A stretch of DNA of 64,000 nucleotides from an uncultured Christensenella sp. Its GTDB lineage: Bacteria; Bacillota; Clostridia; Christensenellales; DTU072. Where the stretch lies: NCBI GenBank assembly GCA_964418255.1, contig CAYQKV010000005.1, positions 16,956 to 80,955 on the forward strand, written 5' to 3'. The translations under genes and the position numbers were made by a program. Of this stretch, positions 1-9,137 are shown one piece after another; position 1 is the first letter of the stretch, and every line of letters begins with the position of its first letter. The notes under the pieces were generated by a model. That model was given only the letters and a program-made list of their open reading frames with translations, was not told where the DNA came from and did no database searches.

Positions 1-305
1 ACCTTGCGATAATCGCGGCAACCGCTATGAACAATCCCTCGTTTGCCGAAATCGTCAAAACGAAAGTTAAAACTGTAGGAGAAGGAGAGAGCAAGCGAAC
101 TATCGCGAACAAGAACAAAATGTTGTCCCTTTATCCCGACGCAAACGGCGTAAAAACGGGTTATACGAAGAAATCGGGAAGATGTCTCGTTTCATCCGCA
201 ACGAGAGACGGAGTAACACTTGTATGCGCGGTTCTGAACTTCGGAGACACTTATGGTCTCAGCAGTTCTCTTCTCGATAAAGGATTTGAAAAGATTTTCG
301 ATTAA
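1..305 (+). CDS. D-alanyl-D-alanine carboxypeptidase (serine-type, PBP5/DacB-like), C-terminal fragment truncated by the window edge
   Basis: The reading frame is open from nt 3 (LAIIAATAMNNPSFAEIVKTK...). It has the KTG box VKTGYT followed by a C-terminal beta domain. The stop is at 303-305. Confidence 0.75.
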   Translation, partial: LAIIAATAMNNPSFAEIVKTKVKTVGEGESKRTIANKNKMLSLYPDANGVKTGYTKKSGRCLVSSATRDGVTLVCAVLNFGDTYGLSSSLLDKGFEKIFD

Positions 306-371
306 ACGCTTGTTAAAAGGCAACTTTTATAGTAAAATATTCGTCGAAAATAAAAAAGAGAGACGAATAAA

Positions 372-1082
372 ATGAGAATAAACAAATATATCGCTTCTTC
401 GGGCGTGTGTTCGAGAAGAGCGGCGGAAGAACTGATAACCGCGGGCAAAGTAAAAGTAAACGGCAAAGTAGTTACCTTACTTTCCACGGATATAGACGAG
501 ACGAACGACACCGTTATGCTGGACGGTAGAAAAATCTCCCCGGTAACGAGGCAAATATATATAATGTTCTATAAACCGAAGGGCTGTATTTGTTCGTTAA
601 AAGACGAAAAAGGCAGAAAAACGGTATTCGACTATCTGGAAGATTTCAAGACCGCTCGAATATTTCCCGTAGGAAGACTCGACTACGATACCGAAGGACT
701 GTTGCTTCTTACAAACGACGGAGAACTGAGCAATAAACTCACTCAACCCGTAAACGAAATATCCAAAACGTACGTCGCAAGGATAGAAGGGGAAATTCAG
801 GAAAGCGACCTTGCGCGGTTACGCAACGGCGTAACCGTAGACGGCGTGAAACTCAAACGCTGTAAAATAAAAGTCCTTGAAAAGGACGAAAAATATACGA
901 GGCTGGAAATAACGATTTTCGAAGGAAAGAACCGTGAAATTCATAAAATGTTCGAAACCGTCGGAAAAAACGTAATTTTCCTTAAACGAATAAAGATAGG
1001 GGAAATCAAACTCGGCGGACTCGGCAGAGGCGCTTACCGTTATCTTACAGATAAGGAAATATCCTACCTGAACGGCATTTGA
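372..1082 (+). CDS. rluB: 23S/16S rRNA pseudouridine synthase, RsuA/RluB family
   Basis: It has an N-terminal S4 domain (INKYIASSGVCSRRAAEELITAGKVKVNG) and the catalytic motif GRLDYDTEGLLLLTNDG. Confidence 0.9.
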   Translation: MRINKYIASSGVCSRRAAEELITAGKVKVNGKVVTLLSTDIDETNDTVMLDGRKISPVTRQIYIMFYKPKGCICSLKDEKGRKTVFDYLEDFKTARIFPVGRLDYDTEGLLLLTNDGELSNKLTQPVNEISKTYVARIEGEIQESDLARLRNGVTVDGVKLKRCKIKVLEKDEKYTRLEITIFEGKNREIHKMFETVGKNVIFLKRIKIGEIKLGGLGRGAYRYLTDKEISYLNGI

Positions 1083-1116
1083 TTTTACCTACTGATTATT
1101 ACTTTGAGATACGTTT

Positions 1117-1156
1117 GCGGACGGGAAAAACACTGAGCGTTTTCCCGTCCGTTTTT
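1117..1156 (+). terminator. Intrinsic terminator after rluB
   Basis: An 11-bp stem (GGACGGGAAAA / TTTTCCCGTCC) is followed by GTTTTT. Confidence 0.75.
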
Positions 1157-1168
1157 CATATAGATATA

Positions 1169-1205
1169 TAAAGACAATTTTCGGTAAAAAATCAAAGACA
1201 ATTTT
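1169..1205 (+). repeat. Two direct copies of AAAGACAATTTT, 24 bp apart, just upstream of the oad promoter -35
   Basis: The copies are read directly at 1170-1181 and 1194-1205. Confidence 0.6.
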
Positions 1206-1225
1206 AAAAAATAGTTTTTTATCGT

Positions 1226-1254
1226 TTGCAAAAACCGGCAAAGAGAAGTATACT
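1226..1254 (+). promoter_or_regulatory. Sigma70/SigA-type promoter of the decarboxylase operon
   Basis: TTGCAA (1226-1231), a 17-nt spacer, then TATACT (1249-1254), about 34 nt upstream of the GTG start. Confidence 0.6.
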
Positions 1255-1287
1255 GTTATAGAATTTAATTCTGTCAGGAGGCGCAAA

Positions 1288-1677
1288 GTGCACTTACTAT
1301 CGTTGCTCGGCACGACTGCGGCGGAAAAGTGGACGACAAGCGGACTAACGACGCTTATCGGTTTGGGTATGACTTTCGTTATGCTTACCCTTCTTATCTG
1401 TTCGATACATTTGCTGAGACTCATTCTTAAAGGATTGGAAAAGGTTGTTCCCGATTTCAAGCAGAAGCTTTCCGAAGTATTCCGCAAAAAGGACAAAACC
1501 AAGCCTGTCGTGGAAATCGCCGAGGAAACGCCTGCGGATAAAGACAATACCGTAGACGAGGAGACTATGGCTGTTATCGAAGATTCGGTTAAACGTTACG
1601 TCGCAAATTCCGCAACCGACGGCAAGCCTCACGACCGTATTAAAATTTTGTCGGTAAAGGAGGTTTCCGATGACTGA
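1288..1677 (+). CDS. Small single-TM subunit, OadG-like gamma subunit of a Na+-translocating decarboxylase
   Basis: It encodes 129 aa with one hydrophobic helix (LIGLGMTFVMLTLLICSIHLL). An AGGAGG SD lies 6 nt before the GTG. It overlaps the beta-subunit gene by 8 nt. The call rests on position and size, not on a strong motif. Confidence 0.6.
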   Translation: MHLLSLLGTTAAEKWTTSGLTTLIGLGMTFVMLTLLICSIHLLRLILKGLEKVVPDFKQKLSEVFRKKDKTKPVVEIAEETPADKDNTVDEETMAVIEDSVKRYVANSATDGKPHDRIKILSVKEVSDD

Positions 1678-3076
1678 GTTGCTCGCTTCCAAAATAGGAG
1701 ATTGGTTCCTTAATCTCTGGAACTCAACGGGATTTCAGACTGCGGTTCCCGATTACTACGTAATGAACGGATATACGTTGGGTATCTGGGGACAATTTAT
1801 TATGTTAATCATCGCCGCGGTTTTCGTTTTTCTCGCCATTGCGAAGAAATTCGAACCCAACCTGTTGCTTGCGATAGCCTTCGGTATGTTTATAATAAAT
1901 ATTCCGGGAGCATATTCCGTCCTTTACGGACAAGGCGGCTATACTTTTACCGACGAACTCGGCAAAGTAATAGCTTCGGGCACGCTCGAACAACTCTGCG
2001 ACACGTTCGGACTCGCGTACAGCAACGCGAGCGCGGAAAGCCTGCAAGCGTCTTTCGACGGTTTGCTCAGATTTATAGAAGAAAACTGGAACGGAACATT
2101 AGGCGCGTACGGCGCGTTCACGGAAACGTCCTATACATACGAAATAATCGCGGAAAAAGGACTTTTCTACTATCTGTATAAAGGGGTAGACTGGGTTATT
2201 TTCCCGCCGCTAATCTTCCTCGGCATCGGCGCAATGACAGACTTCGGACCGTTGATTGCCAACCCGAAGAGCCTGCTTCTGGGCGCGGCGGCGCAGCTCG
2301 GCATATTTATGACGTTTATCGGCGCGCTTTTCCTCGGTTTCGGAGAACAAGCGGCGTCGGCGATAGCAATCATCGGAGGCGCGGACGGTCCGACCGCTAT
2401 TTATCTTACGCAGAAAATGGGACAGAGCGATTTGCTGCCAGCAATAGCCGTCGCAGCATACTCGTATATGGCACTCGTTCCCGTAATTCAACCGCCTATA
2501 ATGAAACTTCTGACGACAAAAAAAGAACGTCTTATAAGAATGGAACAGCTTCGTCCCGTCAGCAAAAAAGAGAAAATCATATTCCCGATTATCGTCACGG
2601 GCGTCGTAGGAATAATTCTTCCGTCCGCGCTTCCTTTGCTCGGAATGCTTATGTTGGGTAACCTTATAAAAGAATCGGGCGTAGTACCTCGTCTGAGTTC
2701 GACGGCGCAAAACGAGCTTATCAATATTATCACGATTTTCCTCGGCATAACGGTAGGAACGAAAGCGTTTGCTCCCGTGTTCCTGCAAGTACAGACTCTC
2801 GAAATTATTCTGCTTGGCATAATCGCATTCAGCTTCGGCACCGCGGGCGGACTGCTCCTCGGGAAACTGCTTTGTAAACTTTCGGGAGGAAAAATCAACC
2901 CGCTTATCGGCGCAGCCGGTGTAAGCGCGGTTCCTATGGCGGCGAGAGTCGCTCAGGACGTGGGCAGGAAAGAAGACCCCAACAACTATTTGCTTATGCA
3001 CGCAATGGGACCTAACGTTGCCGGAGTTATCGGCAGCGCGGTCGCGGCAGGCGTTTTAATCGCGATGTTCGCATAA
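1670..3076 (+). CDS. oadB: Na+-translocating decarboxylase beta subunit (OadB/GcdB/MmdB family)
   Basis: It is a polytopic membrane protein with family-typical segments IIGGADGPTAIY and GAAGVSAVPMAARV. An AAGGAGG SD is present. Confidence 0.9.
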   Translation: MTELLASKIGDWFLNLWNSTGFQTAVPDYYVMNGYTLGIWGQFIMLIIAAVFVFLAIAKKFEPNLLLAIAFGMFIINIPGAYSVLYGQGGYTFTDELGKVIASGTLEQLCDTFGLAYSNASAESLQASFDGLLRFIEENWNGTLGAYGAFTETSYTYEIIAEKGLFYYLYKGVDWVIFPPLIFLGIGAMTDFGPLIANPKSLLLGAAAQLGIFMTFIGALFLGFGEQAASAIAIIGGADGPTAIYLTQKMGQSDLLPAIAVAAYSYMALVPVIQPPIMKLLTTKKERLIRMEQLRPVSKKEKIIFPIIVTGVVGIILPSALPLLGMLMLGNLIKESGVVPRLSSTAQNELINIITIFLGITVGTKAFAPVFLQVQTLEIILLGIIAFSFGTAGGLLLGKLLCKLSGGKINPLIGAAGVSAVPMAARVAQDVGRKEDPNNYLLMHAMGPNVAGVIGSAVAAGVLIAMFA

Positions 3077-3089
3077 TTCTCGGAGGTTT

Positions 3090-4841
3090 ATGATGTATAA
3101 TAAAGAAACTGTAAAAAATAATAAATTATTGATAACGGAAACCATCTTGCGCGACGCGCATCAATCGCAAGCGGCGACCCGTATGAGAACGGAAGATATG
3201 CTTCCCGTCCTCGATAAAATAGACAAAGTAGGGTATTATTCCGTAGAGTGTTGGGGCGGAGCGACTTACGACTCGTGTCTGCGTTTCCTTAACGAAGACC
3301 CCTGGGAGAGATTAAGAGCGCTTAAAAAAGGTATGCCAAACACAAAACTCCAAATGCTTCTCAGAGGACAAAATCTGCTCGGTTACAAGCATTACGCGGA
3401 CGACGTCGTAGACAGGTTCGTAAAAATGTCCATAGAAAACGGTATCGATATTTTAAGAATTTTCGACGCGCTTAACGACGTCAGAAATCTCAGACAGGCA
3501 ATAGACTCTGCGAAACAATACGGAGGAATAGTCGAAGCCGCTTTAAGTTATACGACAAGCCCCGTACACGATTTCAATTACTTTGTAAATCTTTCCAAAA
3601 CGCTTGTAGATATGGGCGCGGACGTAATCTGTATCAAAGATATGGCAAACCTTCTTTTGCCGTACGACGCTTACGACCTTGTCAAAGCTATAAAAGCGGA
3701 AGTCAAAGTCCCCGTTCATCTCCATACGCATAATACAACCGGCACGGGCTCGATGACGTATCTCAAAGCCGCCGAAGCGGGAGTAGACATTGTCGACACG
3801 GCGCTGTCGCCGCTCGCCAACGGAACCAGCCAGCCGGGAACCGAATCTCTTGTCGCAACGCTTAAAGGAACGGACAGAGACACCGGACTCGACCTCAAAC
3901 TTCTCAACGAGATTTCCGCGCATTTCCGCAAAGTCGCAGACAGATTAAAACAAGAAGGTTTTCTCAATCCGAAAGTTCTCAACGTTGACGTAAACACTCT
4001 TATTTATCAGATTCCCGGCGGAATGATGAGTAACCTTCTCAATCAGCTTAAAGAACAAGGTGCAAGTGATAAATACCAGGAAGTTCTCGAAGAAGTTCCG
4101 CGAGTTAGGAAAGATATGGGATATCCTCCGCTCGTAACACCCACGAGCCAAATCGTCGGAACGCAAGCGGTTCTTAACGTCGTTCTCGGGGAAAGATATA
4201 AAATGGTCACAAAAGAGACCAAAGGTCTTCTCCGCGGAGAATACGGCAAACTTCCCGCAGAACCAAATCCCGAAATCGTTAAAAAATGTATCGGAGACGA
4301 AGAACGTATTACCGTTCGTCCCGCAGATAAAATTGCGCCCGAATACGAAAAATACAAAAAAGAAATGCAGAAATACTACACCAAAGAAGAGGACGTGCTC
4401 AGCTACTGTATGTTCCCGCAGGTTAGTGAAAAGTATTTCAAGAAAAGAGAAGAAGAGCACAAGCGCAACCTTACGGTAAAAATTAACGGAAAAGAGTATC
4501 GAGTAGAAATAGAAGACTACGACTACGTCGAGCCAGAAAAGCCTGTTGCGCCTGCTGCCGCGCCCGCCGTTCAGGCTGCGTCGACTCCCGCGCCTATCTC
4601 AACTCAACCCGCGCCTGTCGCAGCAGGAAACGGACAGCCCGTGTATGCGCCTATGCCGGGCACCGTGCTAAAAATCAAAGCGCCTACCGGTACGAAAGTC
4701 AAAAAAGGCGACCCGATTCTGGTTCTCGAAGCTATGAAAATGGAAAACGACATAGCGGCACCGTGCGACGGAACGGTAACTATCGCAGTCAATCAAGGGT
4801 CGACGGTAGATACCAAAGCGTTGCTTGCAACGATAGCTTAA
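3090..4841 (+). CDS. oadA: Oxaloacetate decarboxylase alpha subunit / pyruvate carboxylase subunit B type (5S carboxyltransferase plus biotinyl domain)
   Basis: It has TLRDAHQS and HTHNTTGTG (HMGL-like TIM barrel), a Pro/Ala linker, and the C-terminal biotinyl-lysine motif EAMKMEN. Confidence 0.9.
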   Translation: MMYNKETVKNNKLLITETILRDAHQSQAATRMRTEDMLPVLDKIDKVGYYSVECWGGATYDSCLRFLNEDPWERLRALKKGMPNTKLQMLLRGQNLLGYKHYADDVVDRFVKMSIENGIDILRIFDALNDVRNLRQAIDSAKQYGGIVEAALSYTTSPVHDFNYFVNLSKTLVDMGADVICIKDMANLLLPYDAYDLVKAIKAEVKVPVHLHTHNTTGTGSMTYLKAAEAGVDIVDTALSPLANGTSQPGTESLVATLKGTDRDTGLDLKLLNEISAHFRKVADRLKQEGFLNPKVLNVDVNTLIYQIPGGMMSNLLNQLKEQGASDKYQEVLEEVPRVRKDMGYPPLVTPTSQIVGTQAVLNVVLGERYKMVTKETKGLLRGEYGKLPAEPNPEIVKKCIGDEERITVRPADKIAPEYEKYKKEMQKYYTKEEDVLSYCMFPQVSEKYFKKREEEHKRNLTVKINGKEYRVEIEDYDYVEPEKPVAPAAAPAVQAASTPAPISTQPAPVAAGNGQPVYAPMPGTVLKIKAPTGTKVKKGDPILVLEAMKMENDIAAPCDGTVTIAVNQGSTVDTKALLATIA

Positions 4842-6130
4842 TGAATATTTGCATTATCGGCGGCGGCGCCGCCGGAATGATTTGCGCTATAACCGCCGCC
4901 CGACTGGGCGGCGACGTTACTGTAATCGAAAAAAACGAAAAACTCGGAAAAAAAATATATATAACCGGGAAAGGAAGATGTAATCTCACAAACAGCACCG
5001 ATTTCGACGGTTATATGAACAATATCGTAACGAATAAAAAATTTCTGTACAGTTCGTTGAAAGAATTCGACAGCAAAAAATGTATGGATTTTTTCGAAAA
5101 CATCGGATTGAAATTGAAAATCGAACGCGGAAACAGGGTCTTCCCCGAAAGCGATAAATCGAGCGACGTAATAAAAGTTCTCGAAAGAGAAATGAAAAGG
5201 TTGGGCGTTAAAGTTCGTCTTAACGAAAAAGTTATCAAACTATCCGCGGAAAACGAAAAGATAAGCGAAGTTATTACGGACAAAAATACGTATCGTCCCG
5301 ATAAAACCGTTATCTGCACGGGCGGAATAAGCTATCCTCTTACGGGAAGCACGGGCGACGGTTTCCGTTTTGCTTCCTCGCTCGGTCATACGATAATATC
5401 GCCCGTTCCCGCGCTGTGCGGGCTTACGGTGAATTCGGTTTTAAGCGGAAAGGGACAGAAAATTCCGATAAACGCTTTGCCGTATCCGAAGGGATTATCG
5501 TTAAAAAACGTTTCGGCAGGCGTAGTCGAAATCGCGTCTGGCAAGCGTCTTTTCTCCGAATTCGGAGAAATGCTGTTTACCGAAAACGGTATAAGCGGTC
5601 CGATAATTTTGACCTTATCAAGCAAAATCAACCGTAAATCCGTACAAAGCGTTCTGCTTGAAATCGACTTGAAACCCGCTCTGAACGAAACAAAACTCGA
5701 CGAACGTATTTTACGGGATTTCGACAATGCGAAAAACAAACAGTTAAAAAACGCTTTATACGAACTTCTGCCGTCGAGTATGGTTCCGTTTATCGTGGCA
5801 ATCAGCGGTATCGACGCGGAAAAAACGGTAAACTCGATTTCTCGGGAAGAACGCAGAACTCTCGTACGTTTATTAAAACGCCTTACTTTTGTTTTGAGCG
5901 GCTCGGAAAAAATCGAAACAGCCGTCGTGACTTCGGGAGGAGTAAGCGTTAAAGAAATCGACCCGAAAACGATGCGAAGCAAACTGATTGAAAACTTATA
6001 TTTTGCGGGAGAAACAATCGACGTAGACGCGCTTACGGGAGGATTCAATCTGCAAATCGCGTTTGCAACCGGCTATGCCGCAGGCAAACATATGTGTGAG
6101 AATAATTCTGAAAAGGAGAAAAATTTATGA
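4841..6130 (+). CDS. NAD(P)/FAD-dependent oxidoreductase, HI0933/BaiN-like family
   Basis: The protein begins MNICIIGGGAAGM (Rossmann GxGxxG) and contains GKGRCNLTN. The ATG at 4841 overlaps the oadA TAA (TAATG). The longer ORF-track start at 4763 lies inside oadA. Confidence 0.85.
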   Translation: MNICIIGGGAAGMICAITAARLGGDVTVIEKNEKLGKKIYITGKGRCNLTNSTDFDGYMNNIVTNKKFLYSSLKEFDSKKCMDFFENIGLKLKIERGNRVFPESDKSSDVIKVLEREMKRLGVKVRLNEKVIKLSAENEKISEVITDKNTYRPDKTVICTGGISYPLTGSTGDGFRFASSLGHTIISPVPALCGLTVNSVLSGKGQKIPINALPYPKGLSLKNVSAGVVEIASGKRLFSEFGEMLFTENGISGPIILTLSSKINRKSVQSVLLEIDLKPALNETKLDERILRDFDNAKNKQLKNALYELLPSSMVPFIVAISGIDAEKTVNSISREERRTLVRLLKRLTFVLSGSEKIETAVVTSGGVSVKEIDPKTMRSKLIENLYFAGETIDVDALTGGFNLQIAFATGYAAGKHMCENNSEKEKNL

Positions 6131-6780
6131 AAATAGCAATCGACGGACCGAGCGGAAGCGGAAAAAGCACGATAGCGAAAGCGCTCTCGGCAAAACTCAA
6201 CATTGCATATCTCGATACGGGAGCGATGTACAGAGCAATAGGGTATTACGTCCTTAAAAACGGCGTATCTCCAAGCGACGAAACCGCCGTAATACCTTTG
6301 GTCGACGGCTTAAGAATGGACGTATGGGAAGAAAACGGGATACAGCAGGTTTCGGTAAACGGCGAGAACGTAACGCCGTTTATAAGGGAAAACCGCATTT
6401 CTATGGCTGCAAGCACCGTGTCGAAAATTCCCGCTGTACGTATCAAACTCGTGGAATTACAGCGCGAAATCGCGGCTAAAACCGATTGCGTTCTCGACGG
6501 ACGGGACATAGGAAGTTACGTTCTTCCCGACGCGGATTTCAAATTTTATATGACGGCGAACAGTCTTGTGCGAGCCCAGCGCAGACAAGCCGAACTCGCG
6601 GCAAAAGGAGAAACGCACACGGTAGAAGAGATACGCGAAGACATAGAAAGGCGCGACGAACAGGATAAAAACAGGTCGTTCGCTCCGCTCGTAATATGCG
6701 ACGACGCGGTAGTAATAGACACTTCTTGTATGACGATAGAAGAAGTCGCCGACGCGGTTATGAAAAAAATATGCGAATAA
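6127..6780 (+). CDS. cmk: Cytidylate kinase
   Basis: It has the P-loop IAIDGPSGSGKST and the family-typical YLDTGAMYR. Confidence 0.95.
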   Translation: MKIAIDGPSGSGKSTIAKALSAKLNIAYLDTGAMYRAIGYYVLKNGVSPSDETAVIPLVDGLRMDVWEENGIQQVSVNGENVTPFIRENRISMAASTVSKIPAVRIKLVELQREIAAKTDCVLDGRDIGSYVLPDADFKFYMTANSLVRAQRRQAELAAKGETHTVEEIREDIERRDEQDKNRSFAPLVICDDAVVIDTSCMTIEEVADAVMKKICE

Positions 6781-9008
6781 TTCTTGCGAAAAACACCGGG
6801 GTTTGCAACGGCGTAAAAAACGCGGTGTCCATTGCTTTATCCGCTTGCGAAAAGTACGGAATTCTTTATGCAAATCATCCGATTATACATAATTCTTTCG
6901 TAACGGAAAAACTCTCGCAAGCTGGTCTTATCATAAGAAATACCGACGAACTAAAAAGCGGCGACGTTACCCTTATCAGCGCGCACGGCGCGTCGGAAAA
7001 AACGATAAAACAACTTGAAAACAAGGGAATAACCGTCGTAGACGCGACTTGTCCGTTTGTCAAAAAAGTTCGCACACGCGTAGCGGAAAGCATAAAAAAA
7101 GGTGAAAACGTCATTATTTTCGGAGATAAAAATCACGCGGAAATAAAAGGAATAACCGAAGATTTTCCGCAGTGCAAAGTGGTAACGGACATTAACGAAA
7201 GCGATTTTTCCGAAGAAGGCGACTATCTCGTCATTACTCAGACTACTTATAACGTTTCCGAATTCGAAGATATACGAAAAAAAATTAAAAAAATAGCAAA
7301 CAGTTTACAAAAAACAGTTGTTTTTTTCGATAGCATTTGTTATACTACATTATGGCGGCAAAGAGAAGCGGAAGAGCTGTCGAAAAAGTGCGATATAATG
7401 CTTGTTATCGGAGATAAAACAAGTTCAAACACGAAAAAGCTCCTTGATATTTGCCGAAAAAAGGTTGCGGAAACGTACCTAATAGAAAAAGTATCCGATT
7501 TGAAATCGGTGCGAATAGAAAATAATAACAAAGTCCTCGGAATAGTATCCGCGGCGTCAACTCCCGAAGAGTTGATAATGGAGGTTTTTTACATAATGAG
7601 CGAATTTAACACTACCGACGAAATCAAAGTAGCGGACGTCACAGTCAATGCCGAAGCGGTTGCGGAGCCGAAAGAAGCGACCGAACCCAAAGAAGCGGCG
7701 CACGAAGAAGTAAGTTCCATGGCGGAAGCTATGAAAAAATACAGCGGAAAAACTTACCGCGAAGGTATGCGCATTACCGCAAAAGTAGTTAGCGTGGACC
7801 CGACCGGCATATCCGTAGCCATCGAGGGCGGCGGAAAAAACGACAGCGGTTTTATCTCCAAAGAAGAAGCCGAAATCGACGGAACGTTCGACGTTGCGAA
7901 CTACAAAGTCGGAGATGAAATCAAATGTATCATAATTCCGAAAGAACCCGGAACGAAAAGCAATTCCATAAATCTCAGCAAAAAGGCTTTTGATATAGCG
8001 AAACTCGACGACGAACACGTTCAGCGTATTCTCGCGGGAGAAGAGTTCACTCTCAGTTCCACGCAGGAAGTAAAAGGCGGTCTGCTCGGAAAAATCGGTT
8101 CCTACACCGTATTCATTCCAGCTTCGCAAATCCGTATCGGTTTCGTGAAAAATCTCGCGGACTATACGACGAAAACTCTGCGCCTCGTCGCTCTTCCTCC
8201 GAAGGAAGAATTCGACGAAGAGGGCAATCCCAAAAAACCGCGCAACAGCAAACGTATCGTAGCAAGCCAGCGCGTAATTCTCGAAAAAGAAAAAGCGGCA
8301 AAAGAGAACGATTTCTGGTCGGGAATTTACGAAGGCGCAATCGTTTCCGGAAAAGTAAAGAGATTTGCAAGTTTCGGCGCTTTTGTAAATCTGAAATATA
8401 TGGACGCGCTCGTTCATTGCACTGATTTATCTTGGAGCAAAAAGAGAGTTTCCGACCCGTCAGAAGTTCTCGAACTCAATAAAACTTACGACTTTATCGT
8501 TCTTTCCGCAGACAGAGAAACAGGCAAAATCAGCCTCGGTTACAAACAACTGCAAAAGAAACCTTATGAAATCGCTCAGGAGAAATATCCCGTCGGCAGT
8601 ATTGTGAACGGAAAAGTTGCAAGAATAGTCAAATTCGGAGCGTTCGTGGAACTCGAACCCGGCATCGACGGACTCGTTCACGTAAGCCAGATTAAAAACG
8701 GCTGGATAGAAAACGCCGCGGAAGTTCTGAAAGAAGGCGATGAAGTCCAGGTTAAGGTTATGGGTTATGAGGGTGAAAAAATTACCCTCAGCATCAAAGA
8801 ACTGCTTCCCGACGAACCCGTTGTAGCTTACCAGGACGAAGAAGGTAATCCGAAAGCGAAAGGCGAGAAAGGCGGCAAATTCAAGAAAAACAGAGAAATC
8901 AAAGAGGATGACGGCGAACCGCGCGAGTACGTTTCCGGAAATCACGGCGTAACCCTCGGCGACATATTCAAGAATCTTACCGTTTCCGACGATAAAAGCG
9001 AAAACTGA
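6771..9008 (+). CDS. ispH: Bifunctional 4-hydroxy-3-methylbut-2-enyl diphosphate reductase (IspH/LytB) / ribosomal protein S1-domain protein
   Basis: The N-terminal half is IspH (GVCNGVKNAV, ATCPFV, SSNTKKL). An acidic linker follows, then about four S1 repeats (G..V.GKV....FGAFV). The ATG at 6771 is preferred over the 6696 start, which lies inside cmk. Confidence 0.9.
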   Translation: MRIILAKNTGVCNGVKNAVSIALSACEKYGILYANHPIIHNSFVTEKLSQAGLIIRNTDELKSGDVTLISAHGASEKTIKQLENKGITVVDATCPFVKKVRTRVAESIKKGENVIIFGDKNHAEIKGITEDFPQCKVVTDINESDFSEEGDYLVITQTTYNVSEFEDIRKKIKKIANSLQKTVVFFDSICYTTLWRQREAEELSKKCDIMLVIGDKTSSNTKKLLDICRKKVAETYLIEKVSDLKSVRIENNNKVLGIVSAASTPEELIMEVFYIMSEFNTTDEIKVADVTVNAEAVAEPKEATEPKEAAHEEVSSMAEAMKKYSGKTYREGMRITAKVVSVDPTGISVAIEGGGKNDSGFISKEEAEIDGTFDVANYKVGDEIKCIIIPKEPGTKSNSINLSKKAFDIAKLDDEHVQRILAGEEFTLSSTQEVKGGLLGKIGSYTVFIPASQIRIGFVKNLADYTTKTLRLVALPPKEEFDEEGNPKKPRNSKRIVASQRVILEKEKAAKENDFWSGIYEGAIVSGKVKRFASFGAFVNLKYMDALVHCTDLSWSKKRVSDPSEVLELNKTYDFIVLSADRETGKISLGYKQLQKKPYEIAQEKYPVGSIVNGKVARIVKFGAFVELEPGIDGLVHVSQIKNGWIENAAEVLKEGDEVQVKVMGYEGEKITLSIKELLPDEPVVAYQDEEGNPKAKGEKGGKFKKNREIKEDDGEPREYVSGNHGVTLGDIFKNLTVSDDKSEN

Positions 9009-9028
9009 TTACTTGTAAAATAAAACGC

Positions 9029-9059
9029 AAAGCCACCTGGGTTAATCGGGTGGCTTTTG
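9029..9059 (+). terminator. Intrinsic terminator after ispH-S1
   Basis: The stem AGCCACC...GGTGGCT is followed by TTTT. Confidence 0.8.
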
Positions 9060-9137
9060 AATTTACGCGACGCATTTAATTGTTCAAACAAAACCCGTTT
9101 GGCGTAGATATACCTATGTTTGGAGGAAATCTTATAG

